A stretch of 64,000 nucleotides of DNA from Podarcis cretensis (taxonomy: Eukaryota): assembly GCA_951804945.1 (NCBI GenBank), contig OX638152.1:51584001-51648000 (forward strand), read 5' to 3'. The position numbers and the translations under genes are program-made. This document shows, piece after piece, positions 1 through 13,295 of the stretch. Below the pieces are notes generated by a model. That model was not told where the DNA came from, did not search any database, and worked only from the letters and a program-made list of their open reading frames with translations. Position 1 is the stretch's first letter, and the number at the start of each line of letters is the position of its first letter.

Positions 1-234
1 TTCCCAGGGCTGACTCCAGGTTTTGAGGACCCTTAGACAACATTCCCTGAATGGGACCATCTTCACCTCTGTTGCACAGTCAATTCCCCTCTCCCTTGTT
101 TCCACTTGCATGCTCAGAGAGGGAAGCAGACAGGCAGTGGCAACCATGAGGAGAGCAGGAGGTTCTGGAGGTTGACAGTGGGCCCCCTGCCTTGACAGGT
201 ACCTGACAATGCCTACTACAGGCAGGAATTTTTA

Positions 235-506
235 AAGTTGTATTTCAATCAACTTGTTTTTATTATTGGTTGTTAGCTGCCCTAAGCCCAGTCTTGGCTG
301 GGGAGGGCGGGGTATAAATAAAAATTACTATTGTTGTTGTTGTTGTTGTGGAGGGCGGGGTATAAATAAAAATTATTGTTGTTGTTGTTGTTGTCTGATA
401 TTTTGTAATTTTTTATATGTTCTGTAAGCCACCCAGAGTTGCTAGGGAAATCCAGCCAGATGAGCAGAGTATAAATAAATTATTATTATTATTATTATTA
501 TTATTA
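235..506 (+). mobile_element. Stacked L2-LINE 3' ends with (TTG)n/(TTA)n tails
   Basis: GGAGGGCGGGGTATAAATAAAAATTA occurs twice (302, 350), each followed by (TTG)n; 395-506 resembles the 3' end of the long L2 at 51050-51166. Confidence 0.75.
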
Positions 507-1336
507 CCGACTTTTGCTGGTCCTGACTGTTGAAAGCATTCACCCCCATATAGCAGCAGGCCATTCTGCTCTTGGTTTAGCAACTTTTATAATCTGGGTA
601 TTCATGTTGATTAAATACAGTCCAGCGTGCTCTGAATCTTCAGGATAACATACACATCCATATTCAGTTGTATGCATGTCATTTATTCATGGCAGACAAA
701 TGAAGGCATAATTTGTTTTCAAAAGAAGTCAAAGTGGAGACTTGCTGCATTACAGACCTGTTATATCATGTTAGCAGATAAATAGCTGCTCTCAGCCCGT
801 CTTCATAATTGGACAAGAAAATGCATATCCACCTTTTCTAATGCACTGAGAGAATGGAAACACACTATAACAACAGAGAATGCAATCCACATCTCATTGA
901 AGCCAGTAGCAATTTCCCACTAATTTTAAATGTACCCATAATACCCTTATTATTTCTCATCCACAAAGGATGTTTTAGCGGCCTTGTACTTTAGGAGTGC
1001 TACACAGTTTTTCTTCAAATAAAAAAACACAAGTTTATTGTGCTGCATTTTGAAGTATAGCAATTATAAATCAATCTAATCTCGTACCAGGTAATAGTAA
1101 TTTATCTCTTTGGTGCCAGAGGACTGGGAAGAGTAAAGTGTTCCAAACTTTACTGCGACGGATGGAGAAAAACTCAATGCTGTACTTTATCCCACAAATG
1201 AAACTTTCTTGCTTGGGGATCAAAGTTGTTTTTATTAAGGATAGAGTTCTGTATAAAGAACAGAGAATGCTGACCTCAGTTCTACAAAAGAACTTCATAG
1301 TTTGGTTCCAGGAAAAGTAGGGAAAAAACAGGTAAC

Positions 1337-1350
1337 GTTGTCATAGCAAC
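1337..1350. promoter_or_regulatory. RFX X-box-like motif
   Basis: GTTGTCATAGCAAC, 12/14 match to the palindromic X-box GTTGCCATGGCAAC; motif match only. Confidence 0.3.
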
Positions 1351-1595
1351 AAGAGAGAGAAGTTCTCTTTCAGAAAAAGCTGAAATAGTCATAGCCTCAA
1401 ATAATACAATATCCATATAGTTCTTCATGTCTTCAGGAGTGGGCAGAAGGTAGACCAGGATCTACAGGTAAATCTGTGGATGTTTTGCTATAGATTGGCA
1501 ACAGGTTCTGATTCTCAATTGTTCAGGAAAACAATTCCCCTCCTATCAAATTCAGGCTGATGAAATGAAGAAAGCTAACCAGAAAGCTAACCAGA

Positions 1596-2017
1596 AGGGA
1601 ATGGTGAATTTCTGCATTTCAGTTTCCCTCCCTTTTTCATTTCCACAATCTTCAGTTCTCCACACTTCTACACCAGTTTGTAAATTATGTTTTTAAAGTC
1701 CTCATCAAAATTTAGCAGCATTTGAGTGTGCATTTCTTCTAAAATACATATTTGTCCATGTCTACCCAATATACAAGTTTTTGCAAAAGCAATTTGCCCC
1801 TAATATAATGCATTTTTGTATGTTATTTCCTTTAAAATATGCATTTTTATGAAAACTCTACCCTAGCATATGCATTTTGTACCTCTTACTTGGCAAAATT
1901 CAGAGAAATATTTCAAAGGCTGGCTGCGTTTTTGTTCACATGCATTGTTTCAGAATGTGTGAATTAGGTAGATTCACCTATAAATGCAAACCGGCTCAAA
2001 TTTCTTTCCCATCCCTA
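1596..2017. mobile_element. hAT-type non-autonomous element (TAGGGATG-type termini)
   Basis: Right end CCCATCCCTA, degenerate left end AGGGAATGG; ACCAGAAG at 1590-1597 and 2018-2025 is a probable 8-bp TSD; related fragments near 19810-20130 and 21350-21490. Confidence 0.6.
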
Positions 2018-2561
2018 ACCAGAAGTAGATTTTTATGTGAAAAGACTGTGACCACAGTTCAATTCTAGTACTGAAAACTAATGCATAGTTTCATGTCCTT
2101 AGAGGCATCCTGCTCAATAATTCTAGCAAGGTAACTTACCAGATTCATCATGGTTTTCCAATATGAGATACTGGTTGTGCTTTTGCTATACAGTGGTGCT
2201 TCTGCACCAAAAGGGCAGAACATAGATGTTTTAATAAAATGAATAAATAAGGAAAATAGATGTTCAAAATTTCTCATGTCATTACCAAGTCAAGAGGGTG
2301 AGACGACATTGATGTTGTTCATCCCACATGTTCCTCTGGATAAGATGCAACAAAATAAACTGTATCTTCTTTAGAAGGTCAAATCAAGGGGTTTCTTAGT
2401 TTTTGGATTAGGTTCACCAGTTTGGCCTTTCTAGGTTACAGAATACCTTTCATAGCTAGCTGAGTGGCAAATTTTGCACCTTATCTGAAGTCGTTGATAT
2501 TGTCAAAGTGACCTTATGTGGATGACTTTTATGGTGCTTTTCCTGGTCACTAATTACATTT

Positions 2562-2562
<1 letters not shown>

Positions 2563-2595
<33 letters not shown>

Positions 2596-2617
2596 CAACA
2601 ACAACAACAACAACAAC
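2563..2617. repeat. Compound (AAT)n(AAC)n microsatellite
   Basis: Directly visible. Confidence 0.95.
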
Positions 2618-3288
2618 TATATTTGGTTATGCTTGAATCTTGATCCTTTGTGATTTAATCATGTGCTATAATGGCCAATTGGCTGAGCTATAACTTTGAA
2701 ACGTAATCCTGTTACTAAACTTGGGAAGACCTTAGTTAATATAATAATCTCAGAGGGCTGGGAAAGTAACCTTAAGTTATAGCAGGACGCAAATGTATAC
2801 TGTAGACATAAATAGCTCGTTTATTCCTTTTCATGAAAATTTCATAAAAGAAAAGCACACTGGATTTATTGATCTTTGTGCCAATAAAATACTGCAGTTG
2901 GCAGATATTCTAGTGATCTGTTTCTTCAGCTGCCTGGTTGTGCACAGATTAATAAAGCAGTGTTCTCATTACATTTTATTTCATCAGACACATATGAGGC
3001 CAATGGGAAAGCTTGCTCTCTCCAGCTGTAATAAAAATCTGCCCAGTAACAGCATCTGGTCCTGCACTATGCAAGCCTTTTATAAGCTATGTCTTGTGTT
3101 AAACATCTGATATATAAATGCATCATCTTGTACTTTAAACATATAATATTATCTGTGCATCTTAATAGGCATTAAAAGTAAAACACTATTTTCCATGCAA
3201 ATCAATCTTGTCATTGATGTCTAGCAACAGGGGCCAAAGTAGATGTGACATTAATTGGGTGAATGCAATTAACATGCACATTTTTTCC

Positions 3289-3410
3289 TATGTAAATAGC
3301 AGCCCTGGTGATATCCAAGTAGCCTCAGGATTGTTGAGTAGGGCTGGATATGTAAATAGCAGCCCTGGTGATATCCAAGTAGCCTCAGGATTGTGGAGTG
3401 GGGCTGGATA
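3289..3410. repeat. 60-bp tandem duplication (2 copies)
   Basis: TATGTAAATAGCAGCCCTGGTGATATCCAAG...GGGCTGGA repeated with period 60 and 2 mismatches. Confidence 0.95.
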
Positions 3411-3536
3411 GGCACAGTTTACCGTAACTATTTCTCTCTTTACCACAGTCCTGACAAAAATCTCCTCCCTGAAGCTACTATTTGCATTTCAAGTGAAGCA
3501 TCCACTGGTGTCAGTGAGAGCTTCCATTAGAATGCA

Positions 3537-4702
3537 AATCATAGAATCATAGAGTTGGAAGAGACCACAAGAGCCATCGAGTCCAACCCCCTGCCAAGCA
3601 GGAAACACCATCAGAGCACTCCTGACATATGGTTGTCAAGCCTCTGCTTAAAGACCTCCAAAGAAGGAGACTCCACCACACTCCTTGGCAGCAAATTCCA
3701 CTGTCGAACAGCTCTTACTGTCAGGAAGTTCTTCCTAATGTTTAGGTGGAATCTTCCTTCTTGTAGTTTGGAACCATTGCTCCGTGTCCGCTTCTCTGGA
3801 GCAGCAGAAAACAACCTTTCTCCCTCCTCTATGTGACATCCTTTTATATATTTGAACATGGCTATCATATCACCCCTTAACCTCCTCTTCTCCAGGCTAA
3901 ACATGCCCAGCTCCCTTAGCCGTTCCTCATAAGGCATTGTTTCCAGGCCTTTGACCATTTTGGTTGCCCTCCTCTGGACACGTTCCAGTTTGTCAGTGTC
4001 CTTCTTGAACTGTGGTGCCCAGAACTGGACACAGTACTCCAGGTGAGGTCTGACCAGAGCAGAATACAGTGGCACTATTACTTCCCTTGATCTAGATGCT
4101 ATACTCCTATTGATGCAGCCCAGAATTGCATTGGCTTTTTTAGCTGCCGCGTCACACTGTTGGCTCATGTCAAGTTTGTGGTCAACCAAGACTCCTAGAT
4201 CCTTTTCACATGTACTGCTCTCAAGCCAGGTGTCACCCATCTTGTATTTGTGCCTCTCATTTTTTTTGCCCAAGTGCAATACTTTACATTTCTCCCTGTT
4301 AAAATTCATCTTGTTTGTTTTGGCCCAGTTCTCTAATCTGTCAAGGTCGTTTTGAAGTGTGATCCTGTCCTCTGGGGTGTTAGCCACCCCTCCCAGTTTG
4401 GTGTCATCTGCAAATTTGATCAGGATGCCCTTGAGTCCATCATCCAAGTCGTTGATAAAGATGTTGAATAAGACCGGGCCCAAGACGGAACCCTGTGGCA
4501 CCCCACTAGTCACTCTTCTCCAGGTTGAAGAGGAACCATTGATGAGCACCCTTTGGGTTCGGTCAGTCAGCCAGTTACAAATCCACTGAGTGGTAGCATA
4601 GTCAAGTCCGCATTTTACCAGCTTCTTTACAAGAATATCATGGGGCACCTTGTCAAATGCCTTGCTGAAATCAAGGTAGGCTACATCCACTGCGTTCCCT
4701 TC
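3537..4702 (-). mobile_element. CR1 LINE, 5'-truncated, young
   Basis: Octamer tail (ATTCTATG-type; AATCATAGAATCATAGAG on + strand); uninterrupted RT reading frame. Confidence 0.95.
3611..4690 (-). CDS. CR1 ORF2 fragment: reverse transcriptase and C-terminal region
   Basis: [26 protein letters not shown] and [12 protein letters not shown] motifs; lacks the N-terminal endonuclease, so non-functional. Confidence 0.9.
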   Translation of the reverse strand: MDVAYLDFSKAFDKVPHDILVKKLVKCGLDYATTQWICNWLTDRTQRVLINGSSSTWRRVTSGVPQGSVLGPVLFNIFINDLDDGLKGILIKFADDTKLGGVANTPEDRITLQNDLDRLENWAKTNKMNFNREKCKVLHLGKKNERHKYKMGDTWLESSTCEKDLGVLVDHKLDMSQQCDAAAKKANAILGCINRSIASRSREVIVPLYSALVRPHLEYCVQFWAPQFKKDTDKLERVQRRATKMVKGLETMPYEERLRELGMFSLEKRRLRGDMIAMFKYIKGCHIEEGERLFSAAPEKRTRSNGSKLQEGRFHLNIRKNFLTVRAVRQWNLLPRSVVESPSLEVFKQRLDNHMSGVL

Positions 4703-7700
4703 ACAGAGAGTTCTTCTTTTGGACCATGGCAGAGAAAGTTAAATTTTCTTTTTCTCTGCCCCACCCCTCAAGGTATCAGTGATGATCAGACTTTTCTGCA
4801 TTCACATAACCAACATCACATCTAGTTTGGCCATGAGGATCTCACCCATACCTTTTAATGGACCTTCAGCATTGGCCTGGTATGCTTTGCATACCACAGC
4901 AACATGCAGAGAGACTCCTATTGGCATGAGATCCCTGACATACGTCGCTCACTGCAATCCTGTCTAGCAATTGTCATTTGTACCTTCATAACTGCACAAC
5001 TAGACAGCTGCAATGTACTCCATGTACATTACTGCGGATGATTGTTCAGAATTTTCAGCTAGTACAGAATGTGACAGACCATTTCCTTGAGATGGCTGGC
5101 ATTGGAAGCATATTATATTATGGTTCTGGTAACTATGCTGATTGCATATTGCTTTCCAGGGATAAATCAAGATGCTGCTTTGAGACAAAAAGTCTTAAGA
5201 GCTTAAGACTGTCCACATGCGGAAACCAACCAGACTGGAAGCTAAATCTTACTGCAAATGGGAGATGAGGCAGGCAATGTTCTCTACTCCATCTGAGGGC
5301 AGGCGGCTAGCTTTAAGGGGTGCATGTGGCACACACAGCTTTGTGTCCTCTAATACCATGCTCCTACTCAGTATACATACAGCTGCCTCACTATACAGTA
5401 TGTGCATAGGGCCCTGAATGTGGGCATTGTGTAGGGTTGCCAGACCTCCAGGTCTGATCTGAAGCCTCCAGCTTTTCCTCACCTCTTCCAGGTAGCAGGT
5501 GGAGCACTTGAATCTCCAGGTGGGCAAGAAAGCCTTTAATTAAAAGAATATATATTGAAAATGCACACAGCTTGCAAGCTCTAGCCTGACAGGAGCTGGA
5601 TGCAAATTATAGGATAGACGCTAAGGGAGTGGATGTCCTACCCTCCCCCATTCTCCTCTTCCTATTCACCTCTGTCTCATTGACCCACCCAGTGACATCA
5701 CTAGGAGTCTCCCCCCGTGGCATCACCACAAACTGCCCCTAGTTCTGCCCCTTGAGGAGGACACTTGTTCCCCTTTCCAGGAGGCGAGGAGCCCGGCTAA
5801 AAAAGGAACAGGGTGCCTGTGGCTACTTGCTTGGGAGCAGGTCCAAAGGAACTCACCCCCCTCAGTCCCACCCTCCCAAAGTGGGGGGTGGGGGGTGGGG
5901 ATATCAGCAAAGAATCTCCCTTCCTTTCCCTGCTAGTAGTAGAAGAAGAATTGGCTCTTAGGGACACTGGGAGTGTGTGTGTTGATTTTTTTGTTTGTTT
6001 GCTTTTGGGGAGGGGAGGCTGTGCCTTCATTATACACCTTTAGGTGCCAGGCAAATACGTTCCTTTTTAACCAGGCCATTGGTTGATCCGATTTACACCC
6101 TATGCCCTTTTAAAATGTGTGGTTTTTTTTGGGGGGGGTATTGGGTTGCTGTTTTTGTTTTATTAGGTGTTTTGTAGTTTCATACCTTGATTTTATTCTG
6201 TGAATTGTTGGGGGTGTCAGGAATTTTACTTTTTGAAATATTGCAAGCCTACTGCCCTCGTACCAGTTTACACTGCTGCTTTCAACTTCCTGTTAATTCT
6301 CTCCCTTTTAAAAGTCAGGAACAGAACATCAAAACACATCCAGAAATTAATTCAGAATAGAAAAGCAGATTAATCAATTATGCACACTGAGAATCGCTCT
6401 TGGTGCTGCGCTGTTAGAATGGAGGGTCTGCACTTAAGTTTCAAATGAGTGCATCCATTGTTTACAAGTCAGTAAGTCTGAAAGGGAAATAATGAGAGCT
6501 GATCAGAAATAATATTGTATTTATTACTGCCCTTTATGCATTCATGGTCCCGGCTTATTTTTATGCGGAAGAGAGCAACTTTGCCAAGTACTTTTGAAAC
6601 ATAAACAGAGGACTGGCGAGTGTTTGGAAATAAATGATTAATAACTATTAGGGACAGGAAGTTGGATGACAATTGATCATAGTAGTTACTTTATTAGAGT
6701 GGTACCCTTATATTTTCAATTATTCTTCACTCTTTCTTCCTAGGATCACTTGTGTGTGTGTTTTCAACTTTGCATGACTAGATCCTTTGCGTTGTAGGTT
6801 TGGATTAATATGTTCTAGCTTAGATTGACATTTCTTGTGGCTGTAGAATGCCTCACAGCAGTTTCATAGCTGTGTAGTTCGCTATACTGGAACAGCATGA
6901 TTGTGACAACCATCAGATGACAGCATTCAGATGATTAGACATGAAACTGTGCAACAACCAAGCAAGGGAAACAAGTCATCTTGAATATGGAGAGGTTTTA
7001 GTGCTATAAATGAGCAGCCGCCCCAGTTCCTGGCTGTGAATGCACACAGGTATGCTGTGCATTAAATAGGCATTAATATGCAGCAAAAGCATCAGGGTAG
7101 AGAAGTATCACACTACCGGTACTTAAGATCATTGTGATTCCAAGTCAGGCAAGGACTCATGTCTCAAGCTAATAATGCTAGTGGCACCCCAATGATGTTG
7201 CAATTAATGTGAAACAATTGGGTTTATATAGTGCCTTGATGATGAGATGATGAATCATCAAAAGAGCCTCTTGAAACAACAACAAACAACAAAAAACTAT
7301 TAGGAAGACAGCATGCCAAGTGACGGTAGCTGTTGTGTGTGAATAAACAAAATTATTCCCCTTTGCTGGCTGAGACAGAAACGGTAACTTGATGTGACAG
7401 AAGAGTGGAGCTTTTCAGAGAATGATGACATGGTCACAATGATGAGTAAAGTAACCTTGACAGCAGCATCTTGTATGGGTTACAAAAAGTTAAGGAGTAG
7501 CAGAGGGCAGGATGAAGGGATTCAGAGAAGACAAGATGGGCAACAGCCAACATAAAAGATAAAATAGGACTGCCAAACACCCAGATTTTCCCGGACATTT
7601 CAAAGGCGGAATTAATGTTTCGGGGGATCTCAGGCAAGTCAATTGAAAAAGCTCAACAACCTGAGGTTTTTAAAAGTCAGACCAATAATAAATTCAATCA

Positions 7701-10118
7701 GCAACAACACAACATTCAGTTTTTGTTGTATTGAGGACTTTCCATGTTTGCACAAGCTCCAAGATGCTGTGAAATTAGCAGACATATTATTTTGGCAAAA
7801 TTGATATGTCCTGAAACCAAAGGTTCTTTGGTGACAGAAGGCGGTGTCTGAGTCACCTCAACTGACACATTAAGAACAAACAATAATCTGAAAGCACAAG
7901 TTGAGGTTCATTTGGTTCATTTCAGATTCTGGTTGGTTCCGAATGTGGAAATAATATGTTCTGGGTCCAGAACAAATTCATGAAGGAGGACTTACTTTGC
8001 TGCACACTGAGAAAGGAGGAGGGAAGAGGCAGCATGGGCAGGGACAAAACTCATGCATATCTTTGCCTAACAAGCTTTATTTACCAGCCAACTGTTTTCA
8101 TGCTTTCTAGCCAAAGAACAACAGAATGCCTGCAGTGTGTCTCAGCAAAAACAAGGAAACAGGCCAATAGCCAAAAAGGGTGCAAAACGCCTTTTTATGT
8201 GTTGTATTAAGAATAGCCAGCACCTCAGTGCTATAAAAATAAGCAGACTTCAAATTCTTTTGAGATGATTAAACAAGCAAAGAGATCTGAACAAACCAGC
8301 ACATGGCCCCCCAAAAGGAAAGGTTTTCACAGCGGGAGGAAAAATCACAAAGACATCCAGTGAAATAATAACTGGTTTGCACAGAACATTGCTCCAGCTC
8401 TGATTTAAAAATAAAACTGACAATTTTGGGGTCATTTAGTATTTCACGTAAGAACTTTGAAACCTTCAGTGAGAATACTGGAAGTTCCTTTTCACTACAG
8501 AATTGCCATCAAATTAATAGCTAGTGATGACCATGAGTGATATCTCTTTCTCCTTACAGGCAGATACAAATATAGTTACGAGAGCCTCACAGTGGATTTG
8601 CCATAAATCTAATTATTGCTGTGTAGAAATGCAAATGAGAATTAAAATTCAAGAAAATGCAAGGTGTGTTGATTTCTAATGTTAAGTTAATGCATTTTAA
8701 CCACAATGGACACATGACTTGTTTGTTAAACAAATAACTTAATTGCTCTAAACTTCTATCCACACTGAAGGATATCGTAGGGACCAGTTCATAAATTCAA
8801 CCATCTGTGTAGGGAGTTGCAAGAGACACCATTTTATGGAGGCTGCTCTATGTGGTGAGCCATTGTCAGCAGCCAGGTGGTTCCCTGGGCAGTTGTTTTT
8901 CAAGTAGCCTGTGACTAGAATTATGTCTGTGCCGATCCCTAAAATGCCCCTCTACCCTTTACCAAGTAGGCTGCAGAGGGCTGAAGTTGCAGTAGGGCAT
9001 AGAAATCAGGTTTTCCACTTTGGTATTCATCATGAATTGTACTTTCTCTAAGGGAACTGCTTACTTCATTAACTGGAATACTGTAGTACGTGGTTTATCC
9101 AGTGGCATTATGAGGTTAGGTTAGGCCTGTCAAGTTAAACAGTCGACCAGCTATGTTTGGTGACTCCTCGAGGCAAAGGAAGGGAAATTTGGTGGGGTAG
9201 CAAAGGACAGATTTCCTGGGTAGAAAGGCACGTTCCAGGGCTGGGCTTGCTTAATTAATTAATTAATTAATTAATTCATACAATTTATATACCACTTAAC
9301 TGTAAAAAAACCCACATCAAACCTCAAAGCAGTTATAATATCCCCCCCCCCCCATTTATGTTGTTAGGCATAAATGGGGAAAATATAGCTGTGGCCTCTT
9401 AGGAAATATCCAGCATCCACAATTTGCATTTATGCCCACAATAACTGGAAGATGTTCAACAGCATCCCAAAGGATGTGTCCTCTTGAACATTCAAAATGG
9501 AATTTGTCTTATTTGATTTTTTGGTAATTTTAATGAATTATCTTCCAAATCTGCTTCCTTGTGTGCAATTATTTAGAATGGCGGCAGCATCCTCAGACAG
9601 TGAATATGCTTCATATTTCGCAATATTAATCAGTATTCCTTTGGATGTCTTGAAATCAACAAGGAAGGAATAATTTGTAGCTGTATTAATGCAAACATAT
9701 GGCATCTTCTGAATATAAAAAAATATTCCTAGTCTCCCAGGTGAACTCAAAGAAGACTGAATGTTCAGGATTTCACCACAACAGCTGGTGGGTGGTGGGT
9801 GGGGAGTATCAGCATCTGAAGTATGTGCTTGATTTGCTCACAGTGAAATATCTCTCCTTGCCAGTGTTGATGAGATGCCCATAAAAAGGGGAGAAAAGCA
9901 GAGTGGTTGACTTCTGCTTTGCACAAAATCAGATTGCTTTGATGCATTACAAAGTTAGTTCCCAATTTGTCCAGTGCAGAGATAATGAAATTCACACAAC
10001 ATCCAATGCTCATTCTGTTCAGTTTCATGGTATATACTGTTGTAAGTTGGGGGGGGGGTTGGTTGTTTTGTTTTGGTGGGGGGAAGGTCGGTCCAATTGG
10101 TGCCTGAGGCCCCTCTAA

Positions 10119-10366
10119 TTCATATTTTATCCCCAATTATTTTTATTAATTTTCCAAATTACTGTATTGCAAATCAAACCAAATTAATTTAATACAATTT
10201 CTTAAAATCAGGTGTCCTGCTCCTGTTCCGAACATATGATCATCGTCATTTCCTCAGATTGCCACATCATTTCTTATTTAGAGTCCAGTTGACATCCTTT
10301 ACTTGCCATTAAACATTCTTCCAGCTGGCCGCTTTTTTCACCTTACAAACAACACCTCCATTACAC
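10119..10366 (-). mobile_element. Short retroposed insertion (probably an L1-type 3' fragment) with 13-bp TSD
   Basis: GAGGCCCCTCTAA at 10106-10118 and 10367-10379; AATAAA and a degraded A-rich end on the minus strand. Confidence 0.6.
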
Positions 10367-10431
10367 GAGGCCCCTCTAAGTCTTGGAGTCATGTACCCAA
10401 GTAAGGATTAAAATCTAGTGGAGGACTCCAT

Positions 10432-10871
10432 TGTTGAACCCGTCAGGCAAGTTTCTTTGTGAGATAATGGCCATAGATGTCACCTAAGCACTGACCTTGT
10501 GTTTAGGCAAAATGGCTGTATGGTCAAAGGTTAAGTACCATAATCACAGGCTACTGTGTGGGCCTCTCACCACCACCCTCACCTGACTGAGACCTAGATG
10601 ACAATGGCAAGGTGTATGTGAGAGAGAGCTGAGCTGGAAGCAGGCTGCAGGAAGAAGCTGAGAGGCAGGCCCATGCTTGATTAATGTGTGATTCCAATAC
10701 CTTTGGGGGCACTAATGCTGTGATCTACTCCATCTTAGGCTCAGGTTGTATATATGTGTGAATAAAACTGCCAGTTTCCACTTTCCCTCATTCCAATGAA
10801 ACCTAACCCTGGAGAAGTGACTCAAACCCCTGGAATCTCTCACTACTCAGAGATTGGAGTGACATGTAACA
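10432..10871 (+). mobile_element. Old solo LTR-like element
   Basis: TGTT...AACA termini and AATAAA; 3' half resembles 19300-19493; no clean TSD. Confidence 0.55.
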
Positions 10872-12336
10872 ATACATATTAATATGTTCTCTTGGGTAGC
10901 TCGTTAGTTGAATTTAGGACACTGATTTTGCACTGTGCAATGAGAAAATTTAAAACTCAACAAGATTTCATCTCAGCTCTACCTCAGACCACCTGCTACA
11001 AGATTGTTTAGACTCCAGAAGTAGTGCCATCAGGACAGGACTTTAGGGCAGACATCCAAGGCACCACTCAGCTGAATGAGCAGGAAAGGCCCCAAGCACA
11101 ATAGAGCTGGCTTGCCACATTTTGAAGTAAAGGAAGTCATACACATCTCAAAATTGAGACCCCCAGTAAGATCATGAAGTCAAGAGTCTAAAGTTGCCTA
11201 TCTGCACCACTAGGTTCACATACAAGTGAATCTCTAAGAAAAGAGTTCCATTTTGGGGCTAGTTCTGTGCATAATCTCCGCCTGTGCCCTTGGAGAATGA
11301 GTAGTTAGTATTTCCTTAGGTGCTAATATATTGCTATGGAGAAGGTGGTACAGTATCTTACTTGAAAATTACAATATAACTTACAATATTAAAACATCTA
11401 TTGAGGAGGAGGATGAGCAGAAATACTTCGGCCTTTGGCACTTGATAATAATCAGCTCTAAATCTTACAAGAAAGAAAGAAAGAATTCAGAAGTAGTGCT
11501 GTTAATATGATATTGCGCTTGTAAGAGACTAATTTCATTGCGTCCTGGAAGGAACTAGGCTTCATCATAGTAGATGACTCACAGATGCAGCAATATTTTT
11601 GAGACTAACGGTCTGAATAATGAAATGCATATATCAGGGTGCCGCATGTAAAACTACTGGAACATATTTTGCTTAGTTCTCATCAAGATCAAGCTGGCAC
11701 TGCAATCCAAACCCCAGCCAACCAAGGATGGGCCTTAATGGAACTGCAGAATTACCGCCACACCCACAGGCCCATGCCAGCCAGAGGGGAAGGTGGGGGC
11801 AGGCTGTTACGGCTGGGAACTGGTGCAGCAATCAGACCCGTACTGGGCCCAGTGTGATCTGGGCCCAGATACCCAGTTCACTTTGATACCCAGTTAAAGT
11901 CTCTCAAAATCAAATTCCAACTCCACACAATAGCATGAGAAGAGGGGAGTAGCATCTGGACAGTGCAGCATGTTCCTGATCTCAAGACAATCGGAAAGAT
12001 GAAGGGAACAAAAGGGACATGCATAAAAATAACCCCCTGAGAATTGTTGTCCAAGGGAATTACTTGGCAAACATCTTATTCAAAACATGACAAACACACA
12101 AGTTCAAAGTGTGTTGAGAGTTCATATTACGCTACCGTCAGCTTCTGACATGTAGATCTTTTAAAGGTGACTATTGATTTTCTGCCTGATCGCAGAGAGA
12201 TAAACACAAGGAAATGTTGCTTATTTTTGTTGATAGAGGAAATGCTGGTTCATATTTTCTTTCTTTCTAAGGAGATTGTAAAATACAACTGGCTGAGAAA
12301 AGGCACAAATATTACAGCAAAATGTTACAGTGAAAT

Positions 12337-12581
12337 TAGTGGAGGCTGGTCTATAGGGACAAATGGGGTTCTGCCCCATCAAGACTATTCTGCCCTCAAC
12401 TAGCCCCTACCTCCTTGCCTGCCTCCTTCCTTACAGGTAGTTTGGTGCTGTGTTTGGTGCTGTGTAGAATTCAGCAGGGAGGAGCATAAGGCCAAAACTA
12501 TAATTAGTTGGCTCTCCCAAACATTGGCTCTCGCTCCATTTCCTATTGGTCTCCCTTACTTCAGCATTACCAGTCACACTG
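12337..12581. mobile_element. Degraded MITE (CAGTGGCGGCTGG-type TIRs)
   Basis: TAGTGGAGGCTGGT ... ACCAGTCACACTG imperfect terminal inverted repeats. Confidence 0.45.
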
Positions 12582-13179
12582 GTCCCTGGTCTCAAAATGT
12601 AATGGTGTAGCATGGCTTCTTAAGTCAGTGAGTGGAATTTAAGCACATGTTTTTGCTCTCATTTCATTTTGAATGTGCATATGTGCATTCCTTAATTTTC
12701 AGAACAAGCAACTATTCTGTGCATTCAGTGTAAGATTCAAATACTAGATCTCCCTTTCTCTTTGTAGAACATTTACTTCTGTATCCAACAACTCTGAATC
12801 AAGATGTTGGAGACATGTCATAATTTTAAACTGAGTCGAGACGGACTTTTTATTACTGCAGATAAAAACACAATTCAAATAGCATATGATACTAAAACCA
12901 AGCCTTTATTTTCATTTAGTATACAGAGTTAAGGGTAAAATAAGCAAATTATCGATTCAAGTGCTAAAATTGATGGAAGTTCACTGCTTTAGTTCAACAC
13001 TCTAGATATCAGGCCTTTCCACGTACACTGGCTCAACCTCTCACCTTTTACCTCATTTATTAAAACAAAAACAAAGGAAACCTCTGTTAAGTGCTTCCAG
13101 GCGCCATGTTGGAAGGAAAGGCTGGATATAAATTTAACAAATAAAAAATACTTGTTTCATATATGTCCCTGTCCCAAAG

Positions 13180-13295
13180 TAGAATCAAGGAATTGTAGAG
13201 TTGGAAGGGACCCTGAGAATCATCTGGCCCAACCCTCTGCAATGCAGCAATATGTCCTGTGTGGGGATTAAACCCACAACCTAGGTGTTATCAGC
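13180..13295 (-). mobile_element. Short tRNA-derived SINE with CR1-type 3' end
   Basis: Minus strand has a B-box-like GGGTTTAATCCC, then GGTCCCTTCCAACTCTACAATTC, resembling the CR1 tail at 3537-3590. Confidence 0.7.

Noticed and set aside
8540-8670. Strong splice-acceptor-like tract (similar ones near 39763 and 42980)
   Set aside because: Downstream translations are unrecognisable and no consistent exon chain forms; such motifs arise by chance in AT-rich DNA.
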